A stretch of DNA of 64,000 nt. It comes from Gammaproteobacteria bacterium. GTDB lineage: Bacteria > Pseudomonadota > Gammaproteobacteria > UBA4575. The notes under the pieces were generated by a model. That model saw only the letters and a list, made by a program, of their open reading frames with translations, did not search any database and was not told the DNA's origin. The position numbers and the translations under genes are program-made. Shown piece after piece: positions 13,201 through 23,302 of the stretch; the first letter of the stretch is position 1, and every line of letters begins with the position of its first letter. Location of the stretch: the NCBI GenBank assembly GCA_965221955.1, contig CBDCTA010000022.1, forward strand, positions 1-64,000, written 5' to 3'.

Positions 13201-13368
13201 AACTTGCGCAAGAGAATTAGAAGCCTCGGCTAATAACGACAGATCAGATTCCTCTTCAACATATTGCTCTAATTTAGTACGCGCCTCTTCGATAATGCTA
13301 TCGACTTCATGCTTAACTTTTTTTACCGCAACTTTCTCAAGCGCGCTGTTTCGCATTTCCATATTCAT
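7255..13368 (-). CDS. chpA: Chemosensory pili histidine kinase ChpA (Hpt domains, CheA kinase, CheW, receiver)
   Basis: HTLKGSGR and HTLKGSAR Hpt motifs, HLVRNAISHG, GRGVGMDVV, C-terminal receiver (VVDDSITIR, LDIEMPRMDG). Confidence 0.95.
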   Translation of the reverse strand: MNMEMRNSALEKVAVKKVKHEVDSIIEEARTKLEQYVEEESDLSLLAEASNSLAQVERTLQLVQINGAAVLAREMCDVVEGLMSETITQKEKAQECLSRGILQMSDYLEYVQAGHKDLPVVLLPLLNDLRGVREAPLLSEHILFFPDLDDIDVPKVHVKIEIPAQEYAKKIRYGFQIGLVNLIQNKEVDVAATKICKVAIRLHQCSNEIAARRLWWVSSAIAQALAIEALPTSTGLASLLGQVDRQIKRFIELDEANFAKEIPAGLIKNLLYYVGIAEDRGRIVDKVKQAYGLNDLIPSEMDIDKMREGLSGPNSDVLQAVSKALHEDIETVKDAIELYVHSKNRSPESVKEVGKELQKIADTLSMLGLDEPREEVLREVTALNGLSVEELEHADSNFIAIAETLIKAENIVDNFVNYRILNKPAVQLIDSTEDHSESSDDANQFRKIQVQTITEALSEIEEAKNTFSQVLTAPEDEEKFVKVQDHFRKVMGALSMLNLDDAAKILECIQAYLLDENAVQELSSKADKLDAFADSITSVECYLEALIVDEGNQKDILEYGINNVSLLVGGEVALSKKTQPLETVEVEEFAAEEDDALALLSSSDLELKKKSKISGPDIKTKAHDLTNSDQPASGSIGADHADQGSDEHVNSSPASMGQTESSNKRTKASLDDEIDLEDLSATSLDLSLDFDLLDEDSSNVEQEPLSENIVDPEPLNPELINPASIDEESVSSDAIHQDALDETELLDLSEADEELSADLIELESTSIEEAATELNSIANEEFRNDLALDVGDEDEAVGVVEVDLDATNLLELDEIEEELSTNAQAYDLDNLEESQVTNESDELDILSQDSANDEESLPELVSGISEKDSDGSQQDPQSYSITIKDDGLEQVLYANRDDADEDVVEIFIEEAEEEVEKINLNRKIWQEDQGNEDALIIIRRSFHTLKGSGRLVGAEIIGEYSWQIENILNKVIDKSLKVTSDIHELLERSVALLNELVLQIKTEREPVADVTKLYVEAQEFIDQQNNPQQESLEEDFIDQPEDSAIQSNIEVVNLDIDELEKIEQQDSLHDELYSLFLDEASQHINTIEEIIEQKKEHKILPIDETLLHALHTLFGCSRTAQVDAVAKLIGPLDKFCQECGQHNQKIKAEQFDVFVECIEYVKKGVTNNSSAFKEEEVNLDLLGKVNNLKLVEIPVLENVVVEEQVFVEKDSDKLEEPQSATLSEPNAEVTGLTENVDASNDSDVYEGKDEDLVEIFLEEAADILETCNECLDKWRTNHKDESAVSEFRRQLHTLKGSARMATYSNIGNLSHTFENLVISIVDNRVNADEDIFNIVQRCLDQLNEMVDLAVAKHPVPPATELIQNIDALLSVDDSVVGVPPVAEPDVFKKEENSAFEEAPVFKSSESVEESNKVVKIPVLRNPVETNPSQNIQPLISGQQAVRLQSSVLDNLVNNAGEVNIFQARLEQVSNNYTANIYELDQVVNRLRDQLRNLEIETETQILSRHAHEAPEQEDFDPLELDRYSNIQQLSRSLAESVNDLLSIKEILSDQVRESEMLLMQQRRISGDLQEGLMRTRMVQFNQLVPRLQRIVRQTSRELEKQADLKVVGQNTEIDSSILNRIVAPLEHLVRNAISHGIEAPEQRSSVQKSERGEIKIEVAREGAEIVIVVTDDGAGLDVEKIKNKAQELGLIDDDNIPDREALNLILTPGFSTAGQVSQVSGRGVGMDVVASEIKQLGGALQIDTEFGQGATFTIHIPFTLAITQSLLVKCANDIYAVPLASVEGVVRMSAHELKQKYAEDSAVYNYADRSYRLSHLASLLGLSHPQLDGADKMFPVLLVRSGKSRMAIHVEATLGNHEIVVKPLATQLSRLPAISGATILGDGNVVLILDVQGLVRMDSIEELGQVSPSREEAIIDAQPTIMVVDDSITIRKVTTRFLERNNYKVTTAKDGVDAVQKLQDFTPALILLDIEMPRMDGFELATHVRNNERLKNVPIIMITSRTGDKHRQRALDIGVQEYLGKPYNESQLLDCVREVVK

Positions 13369-13386
13369 GTTATAAACCTATGCGTA

Positions 13387-14697
13387 TTATGACGCTTCTC
13401 GGTTTTCTATCACGGTATCCTCAATCGATTGAGGTAGCTTGAAGCCCGCCACCGAACGCTTAAGTTCTTGGCCAAGATTTTTCAACTTGCCCACCCAACT
13501 TGCGGTATTACTTGCGCTATCCGAAGTTTGCATGGTGATTTCTTGAATCACATTCATCGTTTTCGAAACATTTCCCGCAGCGATGGTTTGCTTTTCAGCT
13601 GCATCGGTAATATTTTGAATCAGTGCTGCTAAGTTATCCGATACAGATTCGATCTCTACCAATGCTTCGCCAGCATTCTCTGCAAGCCTCGCACCACTTA
13701 CCACGTTAGAAGTACTTTGCTCCATAGAAATAACAGCTTCATTCGTATCACTTTGAATGGTTTTGACCAATGCCTCAATTTGCTTGGTTGCCGTACCCGC
13801 ACGTTCCGCGAGTCGTTGCACTTCATCTGCAACCACAGCAAAACCTCTACCTGCTTCACCTGCAGTGGAGGCTTGAATCGCTGCATTCAATGCAAGAATA
13901 TTAGTTTGATCAGCAATCTCATCAATCAAACCAACGATGTCACCAATTTCCTGTGAGCTTTCACCCAGTCTTTTAATTCGTTTCGAAGTTTCTTGAATTT
14001 GTTCACGAATAGTATCCATACCATCAATGGTACGACTTACTGCTTGTGCACCTTTATGCGCAATGTTTACAGATTGCTGCGCTACATCAGCAGAACTTTT
14101 AGCATGATCTGAAACTTGTTCGATTGATTTAGCCATTTCGGAAACAGCAGAAGTTACATTGGCAATTTCACGTGCTTGTTTTTCACTGGACGTAGTAAGT
14201 TTTTGAGTTGAGTCGTGCGTTACGTCTGCAGCCGAAGCAACTTGTTTAGACGTATTGTTAATCGTGTTTACAAGATTACGTAATGCATCAATAGAGTAAT
14301 TTACGGAATCTGCTATCGCGCCGGTAATATCTTCCGTAACCGTGGTGTGCACGGTTAAGTCACCTTCTGCAAGATTTGTCATTTCGTCAAGCAATAACAA
14401 AATCGCTTGCTGGTTACGACGATTTTGTTCGTCTACTGCTGCGAGCTGGTGTTTAACTTTACCTCCCCATTTATTTACGAATACGAGCAATACAATTAGA
14501 CATGCCATACCGGAAATAAAAACCGCTGCAGAGAAGATACTATTGCTTGTACTAAAGCCTGCTAACTTTCCTAAATCAAACGCTAGAATTGCCATTGCAC
14601 CCATAACTAAAAATGCTAACAGCGCCATTATGGTCAGAGCGGATTTGCTAGATTGACTTTCCTTGTCTGCACGAGCAATTGATTTTGTTAAGGCCAT
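13387..14697 (-). CDS. pilJ: Methyl-accepting chemotaxis protein PilJ (short form)
   Basis: [14 protein letters not shown] and [13 protein letters not shown]...[17 protein letters not shown]; position within the pil-chp cluster. Confidence 0.9.
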   Translation of the reverse strand: MALTKSIARADKESQSSKSALTIMALLAFLVMGAMAILAFDLGKLAGFSTSNSIFSAAVFISGMACLIVLLVFVNKWGGKVKHQLAAVDEQNRRNQQAILLLLDEMTNLAEGDLTVHTTVTEDITGAIADSVNYSIDALRNLVNTINNTSKQVASAADVTHDSTQKLTTSSEKQAREIANVTSAVSEMAKSIEQVSDHAKSSADVAQQSVNIAHKGAQAVSRTIDGMDTIREQIQETSKRIKRLGESSQEIGDIVGLIDEIADQTNILALNAAIQASTAGEAGRGFAVVADEVQRLAERAGTATKQIEALVKTIQSDTNEAVISMEQSTSNVVSGARLAENAGEALVEIESVSDNLAALIQNITDAAEKQTIAAGNVSKTMNVIQEITMQTSDSASNTASWVGKLKNLGQELKRSVAGFKLPQSIEDTVIENREAS

Positions 14698-15005
14698 AAT
14701 TCAAGTATTCCTAATTTCTAACTAAATTCGATACAAGTGATGGTTTTGATATACAAATATCTTTTATTAAATTCTGTGTATTGATAACGGGCATAAAAAT
14801 TTTCAAATCAGTAAATACCCACCAGAAATCAATAATTTCCAGACACTAATGATACGTGTGAATGGCATCCCTAAAGGCATTGCTGTGTCGTGAAAATACT
14901 CACTTTTATCGGTTAAAAAGACGGGCTTCGAATAACCATTAAACAGCTTGCCTATGATCAGCAAGCAGCTAGCAAACAAATGGAATTACACCTGAAAACT
15001 TAGCT

Positions 15006-15563
15006 TTAACCGAGGTTGCGCAGCTCGTTAAAGCGCTCATCCGCTAATAAACTTTGAATGGATAGTGCTGCGAACCACTCTTCACCAGAGCTGTAAAATG
15101 CCCCAATATGATCAATATGCTCGTAGTCAAATCCTTCAGGAACTTCATCAACACCTTGATCTTCATGAAAAGACTTCATTCCAATAATTGAATCTATAAT
15201 TAAACCGTAGTGATAAGACTCTTGTTTAATCAGCAACATACGTTTAGCTGAATATTTACCTTCAATAGGTTTTGAAAATATAAATTCATGAATATCTAAC
15301 AAAGTAACTAAATTACCTCTTACGTTCGCTATACCTACCAACCAAGCGGGTGATCGAGGGATATGTGTATAGTCTTTTACGCTTAATACTTCACTCACAT
15401 CTACAATTGGAATAATGTACTTATGTGCACCCAGCTGAAAAGCTAAACCATGTGAAAAACTAACCCCTGATTCTTGTTGTACCAAGCCACCTTGTTGTGC
15501 AACACACTTACGATCTATCGATAATAAATACTCAAACGGGGTTGTTTCTTCAGAAACCGCCAT
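15006..15563 (-). CDS. pilI: CheW-like protein PilI
   Basis: WLVGIANVRGNLVTLLD; synteny with pilGH. Confidence 0.88.
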   Translation of the reverse strand: MAVSEETTPFEYLLSIDRKCVAQQGGLVQQESGVSFSHGLAFQLGAHKYIIPIVDVSEVLSVKDYTHIPRSPAWLVGIANVRGNLVTLLDIHEFIFSKPIEGKYSAKRMLLIKQESYHYGLIIDSIIGMKSFHEDQGVDEVPEGFDYEHIDHIGAFYSSGEEWFAALSIQSLLADERFNELRNLG

Positions 15564-15569
15564 AACAAT

Positions 15570-15935
15570 TTATGCGGCTAGAAATGATTTGATCGAATTG
15601 ACCAACATTTCAGAATCAACAGGCTTAACCAAATAACCTTTTGCGCCTTGGCGAGTTGCCCAAACCTTATCGGTTTGTTGGCTTTTTGTAGATACCATCA
15701 CGACAGGAATCTCTGCGGTTTCAGGACTAGTAGTAATCTGTCGAGTTGCCTGAAATCCATTCATACCTGGCATTACGATATCCATAAGAATTAAATCAGG
15801 ATGCTTATCCTTTGCTGCCTCCACTCCTTGTTCGCCACAATTTGCAGTAGACACTTTGTGTCCGGTTTGCTCTAGAAGTTTAGAAATAAAATGACGCTCT
15901 GTGGGGGAGTCATCAACAACAAGGATATGAGCCAT
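15570..15935 (-). CDS. pilH: Response regulator PilH
   Basis: MAHILVVDDSPTE, MDIVMPGMNGFQATR; start placed at ATG 15935. Confidence 0.92.
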   Translation of the reverse strand: MAHILVVDDSPTERHFISKLLEQTGHKVSTANCGEQGVEAAKDKHPDLILMDIVMPGMNGFQATRQITTSPETAEIPVVMVSTKSQQTDKVWATRQGAKGYLVKPVDSEMLVNSIKSFLAA

Positions 15936-15957
15936 GTCAGTATTGTTCAGGTGATGT

Positions 15958-16383
15958 TTACTTGCCACTGTACTCAGCAATGGCCCCGAGTAAATCGTCG
16001 CGTGTAAAGGGTTTAGTTAGATATTGTTCTGAACCTACAATTTTGCCACGCGCTTTATCAAAAATACTGTCTTTACTAGATAACATAATTACCGGTGTAG
16101 ACTTAAACATACGGTTATTTTTAATCAGTGCACAAGTTTGATAACCATCTAAACGCGGCATCATAATGTCAATAAATATGAGATTAGGACGATGCTCTGC
16201 AATCATGGCTAAGGCTTCGAAACCATCATTTGCCGTAAGAACTTCACAACCTTCTTTTGTTAACAAAGATTCTGCTGATTTACGAATTGTTTTGCTATCG
16301 TCAATCACCATTACCTTTAATGCACCAGAAGGTTCCCCACCAGCCTGTGCTGAATCATCCAATGCCAAACCACTTTCTTGCAT
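15958..16383 (-). CDS. pilG: Response regulator PilG
   Basis: VMVIDDSKTIR, DIMMPRLDGYQTCALIKNN. Confidence 0.95.
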   Translation of the reverse strand: MQESGLALDDSAQAGGEPSGALKVMVIDDSKTIRKSAESLLTKEGCEVLTANDGFEALAMIAEHRPNLIFIDIMMPRLDGYQTCALIKNNRMFKSTPVIMLSSKDSIFDKARGKIVGSEQYLTKPFTRDDLLGAIAEYSGK

Positions 16384-16604
16384 AATTACTTCCTAAGATC
16401 GCATTTTGAACTGACATCACCCAAATATAATTTATAATATTTGAATATCAGATTGTTATTCTGTAACCCACACAAGCATAATTACCTACCGAGACAATAA
16501 GCCTAAAAACTCATAGCGTTATGTGGAAATCTAACCATGCCAGCTATGAAATATAGGACAACAAGCTTCCGATATAAGTAGTCTAATCCCGGACGAGGTA
16601 TGCA

Positions 16605-17561
16605 GTGACAAGCACAAAACTAGCCGTAATCATGGACCCGATAGAGGGTATAAATATAAGCAAAGACAGCACCTTTGCCATGCTCCTAGAAGCTCAGCAC
16701 CGAGGCTATGAAATCCATTACCTACAAGCAAGTGATTTGATCCTTAAAGATAGCAAGGTCCTGGCTCAAACCTGCTTGCTCGAGGTACAGGATCAAGCAA
16801 AAAACTACTTTTCCAAGCAAGCCCCTAGACTAATAAATATGTCCGATCTAGACGTGGTACTGATGCGCAAAGATCCACCGTTTGATATGGAGTATATCTA
16901 CACAACCTATCTACTCGATCGTATTCAGCAAAATGGAACTTTAGTGGTTAATGATCCTACAAGCTTGCGGAATGCCAATGAAAAATTATTTGCCACACAA
17001 TTTAATAACTGCATTGCTCCTTATGTAGTTACGCAAAAACAATCGACACTAAATGAATTTATCGACGAATATAAACAAATCGTGGTGAAACCCTTAGATA
17101 GCATGGCAGGGGATTCTATATTTCAAATCAAAGAAGACGATGCAAACCGCAATGTTATTTTGGAAACCATCACACATCAACAGCAGCGCACTGTAATGGC
17201 ACAAAAGTTTATTCCTGAATACACTCAAGGCGATAAGCGTATATTGCTAATCAATGGCGAAGCGATTCCTTATGCTTTATTAAGAATCCCCGCTAAAGGT
17301 GAGCTACGCGCAAATTTAGCCAAGGGTGGCAGCGCGCAAGGAATCGAATTAAGCACACGTGATCACTTCATTTGCCAACAAATCAAACCCATTTTACAAA
17401 ATATGGGGCTCAGCTTTGTTGGTATTGACGTAATCGGTGATTACCTAACAGAAATTAACGTGACTAGCCCGACAGGCATCCGTGAGTTAGATAAGATGTA
17501 TGACTTGAATATCAGTGTAAATTTATTTGACCATATCGAAATACAACTTAAAGCTGAATAA
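16605..17561 (+). CDS. gshB: Glutathione synthetase
   Basis: KDSTFAML, MRKDPPFD, EINVTSPTG. Confidence 0.96.
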   Translation: MTSTKLAVIMDPIEGINISKDSTFAMLLEAQHRGYEIHYLQASDLILKDSKVLAQTCLLEVQDQAKNYFSKQAPRLINMSDLDVVLMRKDPPFDMEYIYTTYLLDRIQQNGTLVVNDPTSLRNANEKLFATQFNNCIAPYVVTQKQSTLNEFIDEYKQIVVKPLDSMAGDSIFQIKEDDANRNVILETITHQQQRTVMAQKFIPEYTQGDKRILLINGEAIPYALLRIPAKGELRANLAKGGSAQGIELSTRDHFICQQIKPILQNMGLSFVGIDVIGDYLTEINVTSPTGIRELDKMYDLNISVNLFDHIEIQLKAE

Positions 17562-17698
17562 TTAATCTTACTCGTCTAATTTCCTACCATGCGGCTTGTC
17601 TCACGAGATAAACGAAGTTCGAACCAAGTTATTTCATGCTCACAAACCCATACAATAGATAAATTCAAACCAAACTTGATGCCAAACGTATTAATACC

Positions 17699-18589
17699 AT
17701 GTCAGCAGTAGTCAATACCGTACAAATTACTGCGTCCGATCGACTTGGCTTTAGTTTATTTATTGCGGCGATCTTGCACGCCATTCTAATTTTAGGTTTA
17801 GGCTTTGGCTTGCCTTTTGCACGTGATTTTAACTCAGCATCCATGCTTGAAGTGACTATGGTGCTCACTAAAACGCATCAAGAACCTATCGATGCCAAAC
17901 ATATTGCCAGTGAAAACCAGTTAGCCAGCGGCAGCACAGATCAAGAAAACCAACCTTCCGCTCCATTTAGTGGTAGTAGTTTTAATCAAAACATTGGTAT
18001 CGCACAAAAACAAACCACACAAAGTTCCACTCCTTTAACAAAGGCGGATGAACAACATGAACCGCTTATTGCACTGCAAGAAGCCTCCACACGTGTATTT
18101 GTGAATGATGCGCAAGAAACACCTGAGCAGCTCAGCCAAAATACACAAGATAAAGTTTCAGAACAGCAGCTTGAACTGGCCAAACTGGTTGCTGAATTGC
18201 GCCAAGAAGAAAATGATTATGCAAAACGCCCACGTGTCAACTACATCGACACCTTAAGTGCTAAAACTGCTACAGAAGCAACTTATGTACGTGAGTGGGT
18301 AGAAAAAGTTGAACGTATAGGCAATCTAAATTATCCCGATGAGGTTAGAAATTTAGGCCTATCTGGGACATTGATCCTCAGTGTGCTTTTAAATCATGAT
18401 GGCACTGTTGAGTTGATGGAAATCCGCTCTTCGGCTGGTAAATCGTTGCTAGACGAGTCGGCAAAAAGAATTGTTAATTTTGCTTCTCCATTCCAACCGT
18501 TCCCTGCCGAAATGCGAGATAATTACGATCAACTAATGATTACCCGAACCTGGTTGTTCGGTAAAGACAACACATTACTCACACAGTGA
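17699..18589 (+). CDS. TonB family energy transducer (TonB3-like)
   Basis: N-terminal TM helix, WVEKVERIGNLNYP, ITRTW; synteny between gshB and algH. Confidence 0.85.
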   Translation: MSAVVNTVQITASDRLGFSLFIAAILHAILILGLGFGLPFARDFNSASMLEVTMVLTKTHQEPIDAKHIASENQLASGSTDQENQPSAPFSGSSFNQNIGIAQKQTTQSSTPLTKADEQHEPLIALQEASTRVFVNDAQETPEQLSQNTQDKVSEQQLELAKLVAELRQEENDYAKRPRVNYIDTLSAKTATEATYVREWVEKVERIGNLNYPDEVRNLGLSGTLILSVLLNHDGTVELMEIRSSAGKSLLDESAKRIVNFASPFQPFPAEMRDNYDQLMITRTWLFGKDNTLLTQ

Positions 18590-18619
18590 GTGAGCCAATC
18601 AATGGTGTAGTAAATTAGG

Positions 18620-19204
18620 ATGTCAGAAAATCTGACCAAGCAACTACTCATCGCCATGCCTAGCATGGAAGACCCCAATTTTTCTCGTACTGTCACCATC
18701 ATTTGCGAACACAATCAAAATGGCGCAATGGGCATCATCATCAACCAACCAACTTCTATGTCGGTGGACGAGTTACTAATCAATTTTACTTCTGACGATG
18801 TTAGCGAAACCACAAGGGAAAACCCTGCTATCAGCGAAAGCCAACATGGACCTGTTTATGCTGGTGGACCCGTACATATTGATCGAGGCTTTATCTTGCA
18901 CGATTCAGATCGACAATGGCCTTCTACACACATCATCGATAACGATTTAAAGCTCACCACTTCTGAAGATATTCTTGTTGATATTGCACAAGGCAAAGGG
19001 CCTGAAAATGCAATTGTTGCGCTGGGTTATGCGGGTTGGGGAGCTGGCCAACTCGAACAAGAGATATCAGAAAATTCTTGGCTCACTGTGCCTTACGAAG
19101 CCGATATCATTTTCAACACCCCTGTTGAACAACGTTGGCAATCTGCAGCAACTAAAATTGGTGTAGACCTACATTTAATCTCTAGCCAGACGGGCCATGC
19201 ATAG
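18620..19204 (+). CDS. algH: YqgE/AlgH family protein
   Basis: LLIAMPSMEDPNF, GGPV, LGYAGWGAGQLEQE. Confidence 0.93.
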   Translation: MSENLTKQLLIAMPSMEDPNFSRTVTIICEHNQNGAMGIIINQPTSMSVDELLINFTSDDVSETTRENPAISESQHGPVYAGGPVHIDRGFILHDSDRQWPSTHIIDNDLKLTTSEDILVDIAQGKGPENAIVALGYAGWGAGQLEQEISENSWLTVPYEADIIFNTPVEQRWQSAATKIGVDLHLISSQTGHA

Positions 19205-19239
19205 TTTTTTCATAATCGTCACATTTACACACAAACATA

Positions 19240-19677
19240 ATGTCTAACGTGATTGGTTTTGATTATGGAGAACGAAGAATAGGAGTTGCAATTGGTATTT
19301 TAGATGTAAAAACGGCTAACCCTCTCACCACCTTAATTGTTCCTGCAGCCGGCACGCCTTGGGATAAAATCACTGCAATCATAGAAGAATGGAAACCTAC
19401 TACGCTAGTGGTCGGCTGTGTCGAGCATGCAACGCAAAATAACAATGCGATTCAAAAGAAAGTACAAAACTTTTGCAAAAGCCTCAATACACGTTACCAT
19501 TTGCCAGTAGAAACCATTGATGAGTCTTACACCTCAGTCAAGGCATATGAAATTCTTAAAGATCTGCGTAGCCAAGGGCGAAAAAAAATAAATAAGACCG
19601 ATATAGATAAAGCCTCTGCAGCCATTATTTTAGATTCATGGTTTTCATATAAAAGTGCCGGTGACAGAAAACTATGA
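19240..19677 (+). CDS. yqgF: Pre-16S rRNA nuclease YqgF/RuvX
   Basis: GFDYGERRIGVA, IDESYTS, DKASAAIIL. Confidence 0.92.
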   Translation: MSNVIGFDYGERRIGVAIGILDVKTANPLTTLIVPAAGTPWDKITAIIEEWKPTTLVVGCVEHATQNNNAIQKKVQNFCKSLNTRYHLPVETIDESYTSVKAYEILKDLRSQGRKKINKTDIDKASAAIILDSWFSYKSAGDRKL

Positions 19678-20177
19678 CAAATTTTAATACACAACAGTTA
19701 CTAGAGGACCTTGGCAAAGACCTAAAAGATTATTTGGCTCAACATAACATCTCTGACCCTATTTTTATTGGCATTCAAACTGGTGGGGTATGGGTAGCTA
19801 AAAAATTACAGTCTTTATTAAACCATACGAACAAACTTGGCGTTTTAGACATCACTTTCTATCGTGATGATTTTAGTCGTGTTGGTATTCAACCCACAGT
19901 CAAGCCTTCCAAATTACCTTTAAGTGTCGATAACCGAGACATTGTTTTAATTGACGATGTTTTACATACAGGTCGAACGATTCGAGCAGCCTTAAATGAA
20001 ATATTTGATTATGGGCGACCCGCGTCGGTCACGCTTGTTGTTTTAGTGCAGCGCAATGGTAAAGAGTTACCTATTCAACCAGACGTAGTCGCGAGTACAG
20101 TTAATTTAGACGCAACGCAACATATTAAATTACGTGGCCCTGAACCCTTAGAATTAGAAATTATCGATCAAAAGTAA
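19674..20177 (+). CDS. pyrR: PyrR regulator / uracil phosphoribosyltransferase
   Basis: LDITFYRDD, LIDDVLHTGRTIRAAL, ELPIQPD. Confidence 0.95.
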   Translation: MTNFNTQQLLEDLGKDLKDYLAQHNISDPIFIGIQTGGVWVAKKLQSLLNHTNKLGVLDITFYRDDFSRVGIQPTVKPSKLPLSVDNRDIVLIDDVLHTGRTIRAALNEIFDYGRPASVTLVVLVQRNGKELPIQPDVVASTVNLDATQHIKLRGPEPLELEIIDQK

Positions 20178-20183
20178 TCAATA

Positions 20184-21140
20184 ATGCGACATTTTTTACA
20201 AATAGACGGGCACAGCACTGAAGATTTGTATCATATTTTAGATACTGCGGAATCATTTACTAGCGTAGATGATCGTGCAGTAAAAAAAGTGCCTCTATTG
20301 CGTGGTAAAACGATTGTAAATTTATTCTTTGAACCTAGCACACGCACACGCACTACTTTTGAATTAGCCGCAAAGCGTCTTTCCGCAGATGTGCTCAACA
20401 TTAATATTGCAACCTCTGCAACCACTAAAGGCGAAAGTTTACTCGACACTCTATTTAACCTTGAGGCGATGAATACAGACATGTTCATTGTCAGGCATCC
20501 TGAAAGTGGTGCTGCTGAATTTATGAGTAATTATGTTGCGCCACACGTCAGTGTTATCAACGCTGGAGATGGAAGACATGCACATCCCACTCAAGCTATG
20601 TTAGACATGTTTACTATACGTAAACATGCAGACGATTTTTCTAAAATCAAAGTTGCTATTGTTGGGGATATCTTGCATTCGCGTGTCGCACGCTCACAAA
20701 TTGAAGCGTTAAATTTATTAGGTACGCGTGAAGTACGCGTTATTGCTCCAAGAACTTTATTACCTGCAAACATTGCTCAGCTTGGTGTAGAAGTATTTCA
20801 AAATTGTAAAGAAGGTTTGCATGATGTCGATGTAGTCATCATGTTAAGACTACAAAAAGAACGTATGCAGGGTGGCTTTCTACCCAGTGAACATGAATAT
20901 TTTCAACTTTATGGTTTAACGCCTGAACGGTTGGCCATTGCAAAGCCGAACGCGATCGTAATGCATCCTGGGCCCATTAATCGTGGCGTGGAAATAAGTT
21001 CCGAAGTAGCTGATGGCCCACAATCTGTGATTTTGCAACAAGTTGAATATGGCATAGCGGTGCGCATGGCAATTTTATCCATTGCTATGAGCTCATCTGA
21101 TCAAGATAACTCCCTTAAGGAACAGGGAGACAAAGCATGA
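20184..21140 (+). CDS. pyrB: Aspartate carbamoyltransferase catalytic subunit
   Basis: [25 protein letters not shown]. Confidence 0.97.
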   Translation: MRHFLQIDGHSTEDLYHILDTAESFTSVDDRAVKKVPLLRGKTIVNLFFEPSTRTRTTFELAAKRLSADVLNINIATSATTKGESLLDTLFNLEAMNTDMFIVRHPESGAAEFMSNYVAPHVSVINAGDGRHAHPTQAMLDMFTIRKHADDFSKIKVAIVGDILHSRVARSQIEALNLLGTREVRVIAPRTLLPANIAQLGVEVFQNCKEGLHDVDVVIMLRLQKERMQGGFLPSEHEYFQLYGLTPERLAIAKPNAIVMHPGPINRGVEISSEVADGPQSVILQQVEYGIAVRMAILSIAMSSSDQDNSLKEQGDKA

Positions 21141-22420
21141 AACTCGAAATCATAAATGGCCACCTAGTTGATCCTAAAAATGAAATTGATCAACTAGCGA
21201 ATATCTATTTTGCGGACGGCAAAGTGGTAGCAGTAGGCAAGCAACCTACTGACTGGAAAGCTGATCAAAGCATTGATGCAACAAACAAATTAGTGCTTCC
21301 TGGTTTAGTTGAGCTATCTGCGAGCCTTCGTGAACCCGGGCATGAACATAAAGCAACGGTACAATCAGAAACTGCAGCAGCCGCGGCAGCAGGCATTACC
21401 AGTCTTGCCTGTATGCCAACAACCAACCCCGTTGTAGACACTCCTGCACAAGTAGAACTCATCGAGCAACTTTCAAACGAAAGTGGAAAATGCAACGTGT
21501 ATGTGATCGGTGCTTTAACCACCGGCTTACAAGGCGAGAACTTAAGTGAAATGGCTGCGCTTAAGACAGCAGGTTGCGTAGGAGTAAGTAACGTTTTTCA
21601 CCCAATGAAAAGTTCCTTAGTCTTACGTCGTGCAATGGAATATGCAAGCAGCCAAGACTTAACTGTATTTTCATATCCATTAGTACATGCATTAGCGAAC
21701 AATGGTTGTGTACATGAGGGTGTTACCTCTTCACGTTTAGGCTTACCAGGAATTCCGGCCGCTGCTGAAACAGCAGCTGTTGCATTTCAAATTGCATTAA
21801 TTGAAGAACTCAATGTACGCACACATTTTTGTCGCATCTCAACACATCGTTCTGTAAATATGATTGCACGCGCACGTTATGACAAACTTCCTATTACTGC
21901 AGACACCAGTATTCTGCATTTATATTTAACCGATCAAGAAATCCAAGGTTTTGATGGTTTGTGCCATAATCAACCTCCATTTAGAACCCTTGATGACCGC
22001 GAAGGCTTACGTACAGGCATTAAAGAAGCCACGCTTTCCGCAATTTGTGCAGATCACCAACCACATGAAATTGAAGCCAAACTTGCGCCTTTTCAATCTA
22101 CTGAACCTGGCAGTTCTACATTAGAAACGTTATTACCGTTAACCTTAGAGCTAGTAAAAGAAGACGTGCTCACATTAAGCGATGCCGTTAACCTTATCAC
22201 GCAACAACCAGCAGATATTCTTGGTATCCCAGCTGGCAATCTATGTATTGGAGAAAATGCAGATGCATGTATTGTTGATTTAAAACATAGTTGGATCTTA
22301 AATAGTGAGAATATGTACAGCCAGGGTAAAAATACACCTCTACTGGGTGACCAACTCAATGGTCGAGTGACTCATACCATCCTCAATGGAAAAATAATTT
22401 ACGAAAACGTTTTAAAATAA
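21137..22420 (+). CDS. pyrC: Dihydroorotase-like protein (probably inactive PyrC')
   Basis: DHOase fold following pyrB; the metal-binding HxH is replaced ([11 protein letters not shown]). Confidence 0.85.
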   Translation: MKLEIINGHLVDPKNEIDQLANIYFADGKVVAVGKQPTDWKADQSIDATNKLVLPGLVELSASLREPGHEHKATVQSETAAAAAAGITSLACMPTTNPVVDTPAQVELIEQLSNESGKCNVYVIGALTTGLQGENLSEMAALKTAGCVGVSNVFHPMKSSLVLRRAMEYASSQDLTVFSYPLVHALANNGCVHEGVTSSRLGLPGIPAAAETAAVAFQIALIEELNVRTHFCRISTHRSVNMIARARYDKLPITADTSILHLYLTDQEIQGFDGLCHNQPPFRTLDDREGLRTGIKEATLSAICADHQPHEIEAKLAPFQSTEPGSSTLETLLPLTLELVKEDVLTLSDAVNLITQQPADILGIPAGNLCIGENADACIVDLKHSWILNSENMYSQGKNTPLLGDQLNGRVTHTILNGKIIYENVLK

Positions 22421-22432
22421 AAAGGAAGTACT

Positions 22433-23302
22433 CTGAATTCTCATCGCGGAACAATTTTTGAAGAAACTGCCAACGTCATCCATCAAGAAGCACTCGCTGC
22501 AGAACAATATTTTCTAACGCTATATGCGCCCAAGTGCGCACAACACGCACGTGCTGGAAATTTTGTGCATCTACAATGCGATGTTCAACTTGGTATGCGT
22601 CGACCCTACTCTATTATGCGTGCTGATGAAAATACTGGGCAAATTGATATTCTTTACAAAGTCGTTGGCACAGGCAGTTCCTACTTAGCTACGCGAAAAC
22701 CTGGCGACATGATTCAATGTTTAGGCCCTATTGGTAATCAATTCATTTTAAGTGAAAATACAACGCATCCATTATTGTTGGGTGGTGGTGTAGGGATACC
22801 ACCGATGATATTTTTTGCAAATGAGCTAAAAACACAAACAGATATTCATCCGTTCGTGATCATGGGTTCTGAAATCCCTTTCCCATTTACAGCAAAGCCT
22901 TCAAAGATAGTCGTGCAAAATATTGCAAGCGATGTCATTGCTGCAATGCCATTGCTTGATGATTGGGGCATCGCATCACGCTTAACCAGTCAACAAGGCT
23001 ACCAAGGCTGTTACCAAGGTTTTGTACATGAACTTGCCGAACAATGGGTACAAGGATTAGATGAACAAACTAAAAAGGGTGTAGAAGTGTTTTCCTGCGG
23101 CCCTACTCCAATGCTACAAGCAGTTGCAGTCTTTGCCAAAAAATATTCACTACCTTGCCAGCTTTCTTTAGAGGAACACATGGCTTGCGCAGTCGGCGGA
23201 TGCGCAGGATGTGTAGTACCTTATAAAGAAAATGATAAAGTTACTGCTATGAAACGCGTCTGTGTTGATGGACCCATTTTTAATGCAGAAAATATTTATT
23301 AG
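22433..23302 (+). CDS. pyrK: Dihydroorotate dehydrogenase electron transfer subunit
   Basis: RRPYS, GGGVGIPP, CGPTPM, MACAVGGCAGC..RVCVDGP. Frame is open from 22421; CTG 22433 after AAAGGA proposed as start. Confidence 0.85.
   Translation: MNSHRGTIFEETANVIHQEALAAEQYFLTLYAPKCAQHARAGNFVHLQCDVQLGMRRPYSIMRADENTGQIDILYKVVGTGSSYLATRKPGDMIQCLGPIGNQFILSENTTHPLLLGGGVGIPPMIFFANELKTQTDIHPFVIMGSEIPFPFTAKPSKIVVQNIASDVIAAMPLLDDWGIASRLTSQQGYQGCYQGFVHELAEQWVQGLDEQTKKGVEVFSCGPTPMLQAVAVFAKKYSLPCQLSLEEHMACAVGGCAGCVVPYKENDKVTAMKRVCVDGPIFNAENIY

Noticed and set aside
21137-22420. Loss of the metal-binding histidines in pyrC as a novelty
   Set aside because: An inactive PyrC' paired with PyrB is well known in Pseudomonas-type ATCases.
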